Shown piece after piece: positions 1 through 12,792 of a DNA stretch of 64,000 nt. Source of the stretch: Callorhinchus milii (taxonomy: Eukaryota); assembly GCF_018977255.1 (NCBI RefSeq), contig NW_024704743.1, positions 51,152,001 to 51,216,000 on the forward strand. The letters run 5' to 3'. A model generated the notes under the pieces. That model was given only the letters and a program-made list of their open reading frames with translations, searched no databases and was not told the origin of the DNA. The position numbers and the translations under genes are program-made. Numbering within the stretch: position 1 is the stretch's first letter; each line of letters opens with the position of its first letter.

Positions 1-352
1 GAATTGTTCATTTCACCATTGGAACTTTTCCCGACAGCACAGATGCACCCACAGAAGCATATCTGTGATCACCTTTTTTTTCTTTTTATAATTAATACAT
101 CAACCTTTATTTTAGTGCCTGACCAATATGAGTGGTGGAAGTATAATAAATGAGTTTGGAGTGGTGGAATGTGTTAATAATTCACCCATTAAAACTGCAT
201 TATTCACTTTCTTTTTGGGTCTTGGTGGATTATTTAACAGATTTCACCGCTCCACATTGTTTCCTAAACCCATGTAACATTTATAACTGTCTTTGTTCTT
301 ATTTCTTTGTTCTTTAATACTGTTGATTTTCTCTTTGCTTTTTTTATTCTTT

Positions 353-427
353 CTTTACTTGGGACGTCCTCCCGACGTGAAAGGCGCTCTATACATGGAA
401 TCTTGTTGTTGTTGTTGTTGTTGTGGT
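353..427 (+). mobile_element. Isolated L2 LINE 3' tail
   Basis: ttgggacgtcctcccgacgtgaaaggcgct followed by (GTT)n, the same terminus as the longer L2 copies in the window. Confidence 0.75.
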
Positions 428-469
428 TATTTGCTCTCTTTGGTTGTTTGCTCTCTTTGGGAGACATTC

Positions 470-1668
470 TTTCATATTGTTGACCACTCTATCCTCCTCC
501 GCTGCATCTCCTGTCACCTCAACCTTTAGGTTCTGTCCTTGACTAGTTCAGATCCTACCTGTCACACAGTCTCCATTTTTTCTCCAACGGCTTCTTCTCC
601 AGGCCCCGCACAGTCTCGTGTGGCGTTCCTCAGGGCTCTGTCCTCAATACTCTCCTCTTCAACTTGTATATGCTCCCTCTTGGTGACATCATCTGCAGAC
701 ATGGGGTCAACTTCCACATGTACACATGTATGCGGATGACACCCAACTCTATCTCTCTGCCTCCACCCTCGACTCCAGGATCACTGTTATCCTGACAGAA
801 TGTCTTTCAGACATCAAGTCCTGGATGAGAGCTAACTTTCTACATTTGAAAGTCAACAAGACCAAGGCCCTTCTGCTTGGCTTCCGTAATCGCCTCCACA
901 CCTCAGGCGCTGACAGCTTCACCATGTGCCTCACTGAGCCAGTCCGAAAGCTTGTCATCTTGTTTGACCCCCAACATTACTACCTCACATCCGTGCCATG
1001 ATCTGCTCTGCCTTTCCCTACCTCCACAACATTGCCCAGCTCCACCTCTGCCTCACCTCTCAGGCCGCTGAAACCCTCATCCATGCGTTCATCATATCTT
1101 AGCTTGACTATGCTAATTCCCTATTTGTTGGCCTTCCCAATTCTTGGTAATCCAGAACTCTGCAGGTTGTGTCCTCTCCCGCACCAGGTTCTGTGACCCT
1201 ATCACCCTCATCCTCGCTCGGCTCCACTGGCTCCCCATCCCCTAGAGGATAGTGTTCAAAATCCTCATCCTCTCCTTCAAAGTCCTCCATGGCCTTATTC
1301 CTTCCTACCTCTGTGACCTGCTAACCTCAAATCAACCTGTCAGCTCCCTCCGCTCAGCAGGCTGCAGCCAGCTCCAAAACCCCCGCCTGGTACGCCCCAC
1401 TATTGGCGTTGGGCCATTAGCCTCTCTGCCCGCACCCTTTGGAACTCCATCCCACATTCCCTTCACCTCGCTCCCTCCCATACCTCCTTCAAGGCACGTC
1501 TGAAGACCATTCTCTTTGACCGCACCTTCGGCCACCCTCTTAACCACCCTGCCCTCCCCCTTCCCTGATCCCGACTCCCAGCATAGGTGCAAATACCTGA
1601 CCGTCCAGCACCTTGGGACATTGTTCTGACATGATAGGCGCTATACAAATGTAATTTTCTTGTTTGTT
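470..1668 (+). mobile_element. 5'-truncated, decayed L2 LINE (RT C-terminal half plus 3' UTR)
   Basis: ORF 726-1001 reads [11 protein letters not shown]...CLSDIKSWMRANFLHLKVNKT. Downstream frames give FKILILSFKVLHGLIPSYL. Ends in cagcaccttgggac...ggcgctatacaaatgtaatttt. Multiple frameshifts. Confidence 0.92.
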
Positions 1669-3427
1669 TTTTATATTCTTCCCTGGATATGAAATACATG
1701 CATTAAGCACAGTTTCTGTCATGGTTGATGCATCAGAACCCACTGCTTTCATTGTGCCTGACCATCTGCTAGGATTGGCAATCCAGTTGGGAATGAGTTA
1801 AACTGGGTGATTTGTTAGTATCTTGTCACATGCCCACAAGTTGAAATTTCACCCTTGGGAATGAATTTAAAGGTTGTTTGCTCCAAAAATCTGTGCGATG
1901 GCACTATTATAACTGTAGAGTGTTAAATCAAGTTGAGATGCAGAAATACAAAGTGAGCTTTACAACGTTGAGCCAAGTAAGGACGAAGAACATAATGTCC
2001 CACCATGGGAGTGGGTCCTATGCAATGCCTTAGGGAAGTTCACTCATGAACTGAGAGGGAGGCAAACATAATAAGGAGGTGAAGTACTGGGTCAGTGCAG
2101 CCTCTCTGAATCTCAGTACTACATGAGAGCTCAGGGAAAACAATTTAAAATCAAGTGCCACAGAAACAGCTTTTCATAACCACTGTATTTAATTTCACAC
2201 GATTGTAGTCTTTGCCAATGGTAAAGCGTTATTAACCAGAAGCTTCATTAGTATGAAATGTAATGAGGGTTGATAAATGTGAGAGTAAAGAGGCCAGCTG
2301 ACCAGGAGAAGAAGTTCAGGAAGAATTGGAAAATGGTGGCAATATACAGTGAGTGCTTCAGGGTGATGTTAACTAAAAAAAAGGAAGAATTGTTCATGTA
2401 TTCCTTAACTCATTCATTGTGTTAATTATTACTAGGAATAGATGAAAAAATACCACAAATTTTGCCCCATAGATGAATATAGATGAAAACCTTGGAGAAG
2501 TTCATGGATACCCATGTTACATTATGAGCAGCACTAAAACATCTTTTATGATTTCATGGGCTTTATGTATAATTTGTCACACACACTGCATGAAAAACAC
2601 ACATACATAATCGGGGATATCCAGTCTATTCTACTCCCAAAGAGGAAGAACATCATTCATGGGTGGGATAAACTAAATATTGCATTGTTCGCTATTGTGG
2701 ATTGATCCCAGAAGATGAGTTGCCAGCATTTTCTTCAGGATTAATGAGGTCAGTGTTCAATAAATCTCTGGACTGTCTCCAATATTGTGACAATCCACAT
2801 ATATTTTTAATTGTTATTAAAGGTTAATTACGCTAGGAACTTAAGAGGTTCCTTCTTTTTGGCTAGTGTCTTAGCTTTCTCATTCATACAATTTAGAAAG
2901 TCCTAATGGTTGTGTCTAAAATAATCTAAACAAATAAAAAACCCTAGTAAGGATCTAAAGAATGAGATAGTATGTAAATAAAAGTGAAAATATAGACTTC
3001 AGCAAAAGTTGAAGTATTCATGAGTGGTTGAGGAGAATAAATGCATTTTTTAACAGCCAAAAGGGTATGAAATATTTACAAAAAATTCTTATATTAATTC
3101 AATGCTATGCTTATACTACTGGGATCTATACCTCTTCAGTACCAATAATATAACAATGGGAAATACTTCTGATTTATACTCCCTTCTCTATTTGGTATGG
3201 AGGTAGTAAAACGAAACCACAGATTTGGTAGTTTTGTGAATTCATAACTTGGTGCATGTGCAAAACAAAAAATATTGGGTGTTTGATTCTTAATGTTATT
3301 GAAGAGCTAGTTATGTGATCAGCTTTTTAATAACATTTCAGCTAGTGGTCTGCTAGACCAATCAAGAACTTTCAATGGACCATACTGGAGCAAGAAACTA
3401 CACCTCTTCCAGGTCATATAAGGAGAA

Positions 3428-3753
3428 GAGTCCTGTAGCTCAGTGGTTAGAGCACTCGCTTTGCAAGTGAGAGACCTGAGTTCAATTCCAGGCAGGGCGA
3501 AACCTTGGGCAAGTTTCCTTACTCCACACGCCTAATAATAATCCCTCCAATAAAAAAAAAACAATAATAAAATTGGTCATTTTCAATCTACGACTGTTTG
3601 TGGGACATTGCTGTGCGCAATTGGCTGCCGCGTTCGCCCACAAATATACAGTCCATTCACTTTACAGTCTATTCTGTGAAGCGCTTTGGGACGTCCTCCC
3701 GACGTGAAAAGCGCTATATCAAATGCAAGGATTATTATTATTATTATTATTAT
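3428..3753 (+). mobile_element. tRNA-Ala-derived SINE, short young subfamily
   Basis: Pol III A box (tagctcagtgg) and B box (gagttcaattc), anticodon arm with TGC, L2-like 3' hairpin and (ATT)n tail. Nearly identical to the copies at 43675 and 46218. Confidence 0.93.
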
Positions 3754-6700
3754 AAAGCTCCAGTGTGATTCATGCTGCCTTAACACCCATTTATATTATA
3801 AACACAGCAGTCATTCGCCTCCAAATTCATGGCAATTCACCCTCAGGTGTGCAGTAACTGAAATATTATTGGCATCTGTTAACATATACAGTACTAACAT
3901 AATAGGGTCAATTTTGTAATATTTCATTGTGGAAATCTGTGATACTGATTTAACGGAATGACTCCCTTGAGTCAGCATAATTTGGGTGACGTCGTTCAGT
4001 TACCAGAAAGGAGTCCCTACTTTCACTTCTTAATTAGGAAATCACATTAGTAGCACAGAATTAAACCCATGATGATGATGCTTGTATCGTGTCCCAATAC
4101 ATCTTGTTTCATCTTGTTTGATTATTGCATCCACAAATTGTTGTGTAAGGAATGGTTTAAAATGGAGAGCATCTCCCTGAATGTTTTACTTTTATCGTTG
4201 TCTTTGATGTATAGGAGCAGTTGAATGTAGCTGTTTTTTTAAAAAAATGTAAAAAAAAAAGCTCTGCAGCGTTTTGAGACACTTAGCTCTTATGATGAAG
4301 TACTGCTTTTTCATCAGAAAGAATGTTTGCTTACTATTTCACAAGTCTCGATACCCCGGAGGTGCAGAGAGAAAATAAGCACATCAGTTGTCATTATGAC
4401 AGGATAAAAATGGAGCCATCATATTTCAATAACACAATGCAGTGAGCAGCCGATAAAGTGATGAATTATATACTCTCTGGTTCACACTAGACTATAAGTT
4501 AATATTATCTCCCCAGGATAATTATAGTGAAGTTCAATTACTGTCCCAAAATTACAGTGTGGGCCACACTATGGGTTTTTGACACAGCATTTTACACATT
4601 TATCTTTTCACCTAACATGCTAAATCTGCATTGTAGTGGTGATTAATCTTCCCAGGGCTGTCCAACTTATGCCATTATTCTTTCATGGATTGGACAGTCC
4701 CAAGAGTCCCCTTGAGCATAATGTAAGCAGGTCTATTACACAGTGTTTTTCAACCAATTTGTGTCTTTGTCTTCTTGGTTCTGTTTTATCCCTTCATGAG
4801 TTTCTGAACAGATAGTACCAGTAACTAAAACTAGATAGATAGGTTACCAGCTGCTGGTCAATCAGTATTCTGAGTAACATGAAAAGACTGGATCGGTTGA
4901 CATGCTCAGGGTAATTTGGAGTGAAAAATGGGATAAAGTGCGCCTGTTTTACAATATCATGATGAAACTTGAAGACTGTTTCCAGAGGGGTCCTTTTGGG
5001 GACAGATAATTGATTGTGAAGATTAATATACCCGTAGTACTTATCTTCCTGCAAAGTTAGCATGAGATATTTTTGTTACCGGCAGAGTTGTAGACATCTT
5101 TTATCTGTTTGTATCACAACAGCAGTAACCTGAGAGCAAACAATAGTTTCCCTAAGGAAAAGGAAAGAGCAGCTCTGAAACCTGTGCTAAATATTAAACA
5201 CAATATACAGAAAGAAGCCATATCGATGCCCAGGTTCTTCCTGGTTGTGTATTCAACTACAGTGTCATTTTCCATATTTGTTCCTCCAGACGTTTTGGTG
5301 TCCATTGGAATATATTAAAGAAATAATAAAAAAAACATTAGGGAGGGTAAAATCTAATCTTTATTCAAGGAACAATTTATATTTTAAACAGAAAGGGTTT
5401 CAAATATAAATACAATGACCAGCAAGTCACAATCGCACATTTCTGCACTCACTGATAGGTTTGGTAATATGTTTCAGTCCTTCTTGCCTGAAAATCTATA
5501 ATACCATCTCAGATTGGAACACATTTTAGGGTAAGATACAAGACCAAGGAAGATATTTGGTTAATCAGGACAGTGATCATTTACACCTTTCTATGTGAAG
5601 CATTTGAAGGGTATTGTGGTTGACTCCTTAAGAGGTTGTTTTCAAATAAGAGTCAAACCAAAACTTAGGTTTCATTTGCCTTGCTAACTTCTTGAACTTT
5701 GTTTTAGCCTAAATAATTTGTTTTAGCCTAAACAACTAAAATAATTTAGTTGCATCAATCCATGCAGTTACTTAAGAGGACATTAGTTGGAAATGTAGGA
5801 AAGCAGGCACAGGAGGAGGCCATTCAGCCCATTGAGCCTGTTCCACCAGTTTATTTGGCCTTTGTATATCTTGTAATCTTAATGCAGCACCATTTTGTCA
5901 TACCCTTAAATACCTCTAATACATAAGTATCTGTTTAACTGAAGCTAAATGTTAGAGGCACAAAATTCTACCAAGTCTGAGTTAACAGTATTGTTTTCAA
6001 TTTTAAGATAAATCAGAATCGCAGAAAAGTATTTACTTAAACCTTAAAATTGCTACTAGTTTTATTTTTATAACTGTGGAAAAACAGCTTCCAAATAAAT
6101 TATATTTTAAAATAAAAATGTTTTAAGAATGAATTAATTTTAAAAAATGTTTAACATAAAATGGACTAAGATTTGTGTTATTTGGGGAAGGCCTTACGAA
6201 ACGCAGATAGGATCTCCTACTGTTAATGACGTGTGTTACAGATGTCACGTGATCATGTGGGATAACTGCTCCAAAAACTGATCAAGCAGTTGAACAGCGT
6301 TCTCACGTTTGGGTCATGGATTTCTGGATTTTATAATTTCAAAACCACGTTAATGAATACTGGAAAATTCAGCCCATTATGTCATTGGATCAAAAATGTC
6401 TATTACAAATAAACTACAGTATTTAAATTAATTCTAAATAAAACTACAATTCCCTCTTTTAGTCCTAAAGCATTCTTATTGTCAATAAAGATAAAGGTAA
6501 TTCCTGATGAATTTGTTTTTTCCCCTTCCCTCATCCCCACCCCACTATAAATCCAATGCTGGACCTGAGTATAAAGGCTTAGAATTTTTTTAGGTCATTT
6601 TCAAATTGACACACAGTGACGTCCAGGCTACATGTTCTGACTTTAATGATGTTTTATATTATTTAGACGCAAATTCCTGTTCTGCTGTATTGGATTGCAT

Positions 6701-9700
6701 TGGCTTTAACTGATGACCTCAAGGTCTGACCCCATGTCAAGACTCCATGCAACTTTCAGTCTCCAAAAAGAACTAATCTAAAATTTATGTTGTTTCCATC
6801 CATTTTCACCTATTTTATCTTTAATTGTCTCCAGCATTTTGATGTCCACTTCCTTTTCATCCGCAATTACGAGTTGCACCCATTTTTGTTTTTGACAAGT
6901 TCAAAAACATATCAGCATATGTCCTACTAGCCCCGCAATAATTGCCTAAGATGTTGTCACTCATAAAGAGAATTAAAATTACAATATTACTTTGAGATTA
7001 GATAGAATAAATGGCAGTTACTTCATCATATTAAAACAGCAAATCCAATTCCATTTTTATGAAACACATGTTAAGAGGCCATACACTTTCAATAATTGTT
7101 CGAGGTTTATGCAGAAACTAACTAGATATTACATTTGTTTAAAACTCAATCATACAAAATGAAGACTTGATTTTAAAATTTTAATAAAGATAACTTGTGT
7201 ATCATTAAATCGTCAAATGCTAATCGGCACTTCCATTCTCCAGCTGTAGATAATGTCATGCTTGCTGGAGGCTTCTTATTTTGCAATAAAACATTTACAT
7301 TCTAATGATTTTATTAAAACTATAGTAGCTGTCAGCAGCCTGACGATTCCTGGCAAATTGTATCAGTTATCAGCTCATATTGCCTTTATCAAAACCACCC
7401 AGTGGCGAGGCAGTCCTGCCACAATGAGATGTCTATTGCTTGAAAAGTCAGTATTTAATCATTTTTTTCAGTATTGTTCTGCTTACAGTGCATAAATAAG
7501 TGCCTCAAATAACCCAGAGTGCCACTGACAATGAAACAAAGTATCTGTCCTATTTATCTTTTCACATTCTTTGGTTCCCCCTTTGCTGCAGGCGCTGTTT
7601 ATATTCAGTAACCTATCATCATTCAACAGCTCTGTATTTCTCGATGATGAGCATTAGGCCTCTCAGGTAGTCATTTTCAAATGAAAGGCTGCATGGCCAG
7701 CGATAATGTTGGCTCGGGGAAGTGACAAAATAAAATTGCCAAACTAGTGGTGCAAGCAATGAAAGTTGAACTGTAAAACAACCTTGACCTCTTCTGATGA
7801 GAAAAAAGTATAAGCTGGCTTTTACCATTAACCCATCTTTCTTGATAGACACTTTCTGCAGGGCAGTCAGACCACTCTTCGTGTTTTTCATTGTCTGCAG
7901 TTATTTCTTTGCTCTGTGTTCTTTCAGATCTAATTCTGTGTTTGGTGCTTATTATTACCCAAACATAACTAGGTTTGCTAGAGGGGAAAGGAATTCGTCT
8001 ACTTTACAAGGAATTTTGAACTTGACTTGCTTTATTCTTTTGGCTCTGTGCTGCTGTGAAAAAGGTTCAAAGCCGTCCTCATCTAATCCTTTGTGCTTTA
8101 GAAGATGCATGTGATTTATGAATTGATTTCAAATGAAGCCTTAGCAATTTGGTGTGGCTAATTAATCTGTGTTTAAAACTTAATTGTGGTGGTGTTGGTA
8201 GGTCCCATCTGCAGTGCTGAGACACAATGTTAAATGTGCCAGAGTGAGAAAAAAACTCCTGGATACTGTCTCTCTTTGAACGTTGATTCCAATGTTAGTA
8301 TTAATAGAAAGAAAGCAGTATAAATTATAAAAACAAAGTCCCACATTAAAGTGGACACTTTAATGAACTGTTCACAGCGGAGGCTGTCTCAATTTGGTTT
8401 ATTTGACAGAAGAAGTGAAGATTTATTGCTGCTGGACAATATGTAATTCTACTTACATGGGAACTAGACTAATTTGACTCTGCAGTTTCTGAATTAACAG
8501 GGATTGTCTTCAAACTGTTCAACATAAGAGCACTCTGTTCTGTATCCTTTTATTGCATCCCTTTGCACTATCCCTTAGGAGCGGCTTTATTTAATCCATC
8601 TGGAGCCCCAGTAACCGAGTCCCTGCTCTCGTCGACCCTGGCGATTTATGCTTCATATTTCATGCTGTGGTTGGTCTTTAACCACTTACATTTTTCCCCT
8701 TTGGTCACATTTTTGAGAAAATATTTGACAAGTGGACTGTTTATCATGCAGGCCTAAACACTGTTATGGGGTAATTCAATCTGCCACCCTAGCCACAGAT
8801 AGATCATTGGCTGCTGAGAAGCTGGGGGTTGTGCCACTCATAATTTTTCCACTGATATAAGTCTTTTATAGAATATGACATACATCTTTAGGCACTAAAT
8901 CATCCCTGTATAATTCGTCTGTCAGGCATCGAAGCTGAAGGAAATAAATACCACTGTGGAGTCATATTGATAAGCTTTATATTCCACTACGACCGTTCCA
9001 GCCCAGAGTATTTCAAAAATGAGTTTATTGGAGGAAATTTACATTCACAACATCAGTCTTGCAATCATTTTTCCCTTCATTCATTACATTACCCATGCCG
9101 TGTTCGTATCCCGCTTATCAGATTTCATGTTTTATGTATTCTTTGACTCGACACAATAGCAGTGATAAAATGAAGGCAAATTTCTTCTATTAGTGACAGC
9201 TAGCTATTTGAGCTAAATTAAGTTGTACCCTGATATTCTGAAATACAAGGTGCAAATAACCTACTTTGAATAATCACTGCAAATATGCCTCTGTCCATTT
9301 AAATTATATCTCCCACTTTATGGTGCTGACTAAACCTTTGATATGATAATATTTAATACCCTTGCAAGCTGAAAAGGATTGAAAACGGCAATTATAACAG
9401 TGTGATTTTGTGGCTGTATATCTTTTTTCAAAAAAAGTCTTATTAAAAACTAATGATTGTGCCCAATTCCATTCAGGGTTGTTCAAGAATTTGTTAATGA
9501 AACGTGCCAATGATGTGTAATTCTAAAGAGAAGAACTAAAACAAATGCTACTTTCATTGTCAGAGGAAGCATTTGCTCAATTGCTACAGAGCAATTCATT
9601 TCACTTGCATTAATTGCATCATGCATATATTAAACAGCTTCCAGTTCTTGCATCTTTCGTCAGTATGTAACATGCCCTATGTCTGCCTAAGGATTACTCT

Positions 9701-9984
9701 ATGACTTTTGGTTGCCCTCTCCCCATCCCCTTCCCCCATTCTTCAATTTCTCCTCTCCCCATCCCCCAAGGCTCCCAGTCAGATGGGTGAAGCACTTTGA
9801 GACATTCGCCTGATGTGAAAAGCGCTATGTAAATGTATATATTGTTGAAATTATTGTTGAAATGGCTTTATTCAGCTTAAATCTGGATTTTACATCATAC
9901 TCTCTGCACTACAGCAGTTGTGTGTGGCCATACATTGGTCAGTGAGTAGGTAACAAGAGGGCACGCAATTAAAATTATTCCCAA

Positions 9985-10105
9985 AAAAGAACACAAAGGA
10001 AGAGGTTAGGAGGTTTTTGCTTATACAGAGTCTTGTTAGGTAATGGAATGCCCCATAAAAAGGGTGGTTTGAAGCTGAATCCATAATAGTTTTTAAAAGG
10101 GAATC
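9985..10105 (+). mobile_element. CR1 LINE 3' fragment, left part (interrupted by Tx1)
   Basis: Degenerate match to the CR1 copies at 12793 and 54430 (tggaatgc...agggtggt..gaagc.ga.tc.ataa). Confidence 0.65.
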
Positions 10106-10973
10106 GGGCTACGTCTGGCAAAATGCCTCGTCACAGGCTCTGACCAACAACCATCAGGACACATCCTGGCTGGCAATAAAAGCGTCCCTCCCCTTCAGGG
10201 CTTTCATGCACGTTCGAAGTCTGAGCCAGTCAGCACGTTGCCCTCGGGCTGGCTGCAGAGGCCAGGAGTCCATGGACCTCCACTTCCTGGAGTGTTGTTT
10301 CGCAAAGGCGGTTCGGAAAAAAATGGAAAGGATTCTCTCGCGGTTCATCCCTGGGGACCCGCTGTCACGGCACTCGGTGCTGTACGGCCTCTTCCCGGGT
10401 ACTCACAGCGAAACCCACATCGAGTGTGCCTGGAGGATCATAAACTCAGTAAAGGAGGCCCTATATACCATATATTGAGGGACAAGCTGAAGCTCGGCTC
10501 AACCATGACAAAGGCCAGATGGGGCCTGTCAGGAGTCGCGCCGGCACAACCCACTCAAGGTGCACCCACCGGGTAGCCCACGAGCGCACCCAAAACTGAC
10601 TGAAGTAAGGGTACAGAAAGATGCTCAATATGTAACCAAAGAGAGTCCTGAAAATGTATGTACGGTAAACGTGCGTGTATGGTGCACATCAGGGCGGCTT
10701 CCTGAAGCGCTAAGTGCACCTTATCAGGGGGTGTGCGGGCGTGAAGATGCGGGCATGAAGATGGATGTAGTGTACACAAGGGCAACGCCCAACTCTGTTA
10801 AAGGGAGCATCCCCCAAAAAACGTATGCACAACCTATGTGTACCGCAAACAACGGAATGTGTTTTTTATTGGGAGAAAAGGAAAAAAATTGGAACAGAAG
10901 ATGTTATGCTTATTTTAGATTTCTGTTGTACTAAATATTGTAATTATAAATAAATATACATTTTCAAAAAAAA
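10106..10973 (+). mobile_element. 5'-truncated Tx1/L1-clade LINE (ORF2 C-terminal zinc-knuckle region, 3' UTR, poly-A)
   Basis: Translation VWQNASSQALTNNHQDTSWLAIKASLPFRAFMHVRSLSQSARCPRAGCRGQESMDLHFLEC...VLYGLFPGTH, then ILRDKLKLG in another frame. AATAAA followed by an A-tail. 18-bp TSD agttttt(a/g)aaagggaatc at 10088-10105 and 10974-10991. Confidence 0.88.
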
Positions 10974-11115
10974 AGTTTTTGAAAGGGAATCAGCAACTGT
11001 TTAAACAGAAACATGTAAAATGGTTTAAAGAAGGGACAGGGAATGGGACTAAATGGATTGTTCTTTCAGAGAGCTGGCACAGGCACGATGGATGCAATGT
11101 CCTCTTTCAAGTACA
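10974..11115 (+). mobile_element. CR1 LINE 3' fragment, right part
   Basis: Continues the CR1 3' end after the TSD (gggactaaatggattgttctttcagagagctggcacaggcacgatgg). Confidence 0.7.
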
Positions 11116-11384
11116 AAATGATCAGTTTGGTGCATGAGCTGTGGCTTANTTTTACAGCGAAACCTGCCAAGAGACTGACAATGAGCTTTCGTCTCAACCT
11201 GAATCAAATCCTATTCAGTTCAGTGTAATTCAGAGATGGAAAAGTTTACTCTATATAAATCACTCTCACAATGTTCAATGTACTTTTGTTGGATTCAACT
11301 ACAAATTCAGAACAATTTTTGCCCTTTTAAAATGACACCAGGCCTATATCGTGTTCAAATCCCTTCACTCTCTGGCACCTCCCT

Positions 11385-11693
11385 ACCTCTCCGACCTCCT
11401 CACTTCCCAATCCACCACCCGGCACCTCCGTTCGACTGGCACTGGCCTCCTGCTTGTCCCTCACACCTTCCACCCCACCATTGGAGGTCACGCTTTCAGG
11501 CACTATGCCTGAAACTCTGGAACACTCTCCCTCAATCCCTCTTTCCCCTTTTTCAAGTCCCGCCTGAAAACCTTCCTCTTCGACTGTGCTTACGGCCACC
11601 TCCACCCCCCCCAGCTTGCAGTCAGGATCCACTGTTAAGTGTTCTGAGATGCTACCCTGCATGCAGGACGCTATATAAGTGCAAGTTTTTGTT
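11385..11693 (+). mobile_element. L2 3' fragment
   Basis: ccaccattggagg...ctctggaac...aaaaccttcctcttcgac...gacgctatataagtgcaagtttttgtt. Confidence 0.8.
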
Positions 11694-11869
11694 ATATATT
11701 ATAACTGAAATCAATAGTTGATAATTTGTCAGTTTTCATTTTTTTCCCCTGTTCCTGCTCCTCCTCTGTCACCTCCTCTTCTTCAGTTGTTGTGTTCAGC
11801 TGGAGTAAAACAACAAAGACATTGGGCTCTTTCAGATATCTCTGGTATATATTATTATTATTATCTTGC

Positions 11870-12190
11870 CCAAAAGGACATTCTTCAACTATGAGCCTAG
11901 ATAGTGCATGTCAACAGGCTATTGAACTTTAGAAGTCCCAATTCTGTCCTCAACTGATATTCAAGCATGCAGAATTTTTAGCAGGGTTTACTGGATAGTA
12001 ATGAATCAAAAGATCCTTGACTAATTCATCCCCTTTGTTTAGTCCAGGATATTAAGGTCAATTTAGGGCCCCAACTATTGTTTATGTCTTAACTGGGATC
12101 AGCTAATTCATAATAGACCAGAAAGCTAACGTGGGACCTTCCTAGTCTGGGTGTTTTAGTGATGCACGGGCCATTACTATTACACAATAG
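11870..12190 (-). mobile_element. Ancient tRNA-headed SINE relic (tentatively UCON3-like)
   Basis: gagcctagatagtg..tgtcaacaggctatt...gatcagctaattca...gggaccttcct. Related pieces lie at about 19840-19985, 26040-26230, 26860-27025 and 38980-39175. The family name is from memory only. Confidence 0.45.
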
Positions 12191-12322
12191 GCCACCTGTC
12201 AAGTAGCTTGGAAATTCTCTGATAAACGTTTAAAGTGCAATGTTTGATATGAAGAGATTAGTATTAATCTATTGAAGGAACTTTCCAGAGGCCTGAATTT
12301 CTGTTTAATTTTACCCTCTATA

Positions 12323-12792
12323 AACAACAACAACAAAATTACATTTGTATAGCGACTTTCACGTCAGGAGGATGTCCCAAACCTCTGGACAATCAGTTGT
12401 TTTGGACTGGAGCTGGGGGTAGGTATTGGGAAGGATGGAGGGGGCAGGAGGTGAAGGAGGGTGACCGAAGGTATGGTCAAAGAGGAGGGTCTTGAGATGC
12501 ATCTTGAAGGAGGCAAGGAAGGGGGCAAGGTGGAGGGACTGCGGGACGGAGTTCCGGAGGTGGGGGCAGAGTGGCTGAAGTCCTACCTGCCAATGGTGGA
12601 GAGAGTGAGGTGGGTGATATGAAGCAGGCTGGAGCCCACTGAGTGGATGGAGTGGGCAGGTTGATAGGAGGTCGCAGAGGTAGGGGGTAGCAAGGCCATG
12701 GAGGGCTTTGAAGGTGATGATCAGGATCTTCATCTGTATCGTCTGAGTGATAAGAAGCCACTGGAGTCGGGCGAGGATTGGGTTGATAGGGT
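12323..12792 (-). mobile_element. L2 3' fragment
   Basis: ORF 12359-12832 contains PILARLQWL...MKILIITFKALHGLATPYLCDLL. (AAC)n tail at the left end. Confidence 0.9.

Noticed and set aside
4794..5318. ORFs of 63-89 aa that look vaguely protein-like
   Set aside because: No recognisable domain or convincing splice signals; a TBLASTN/BLASTX search would be needed.
5697..5750. Short tandem duplication tttgttttagcctaaa
   Set aside because: An ordinary slippage-type duplication of two copies.
11149..11149. Single ambiguous base (n)
   Set aside because: An assembly ambiguity with no biological meaning evident.
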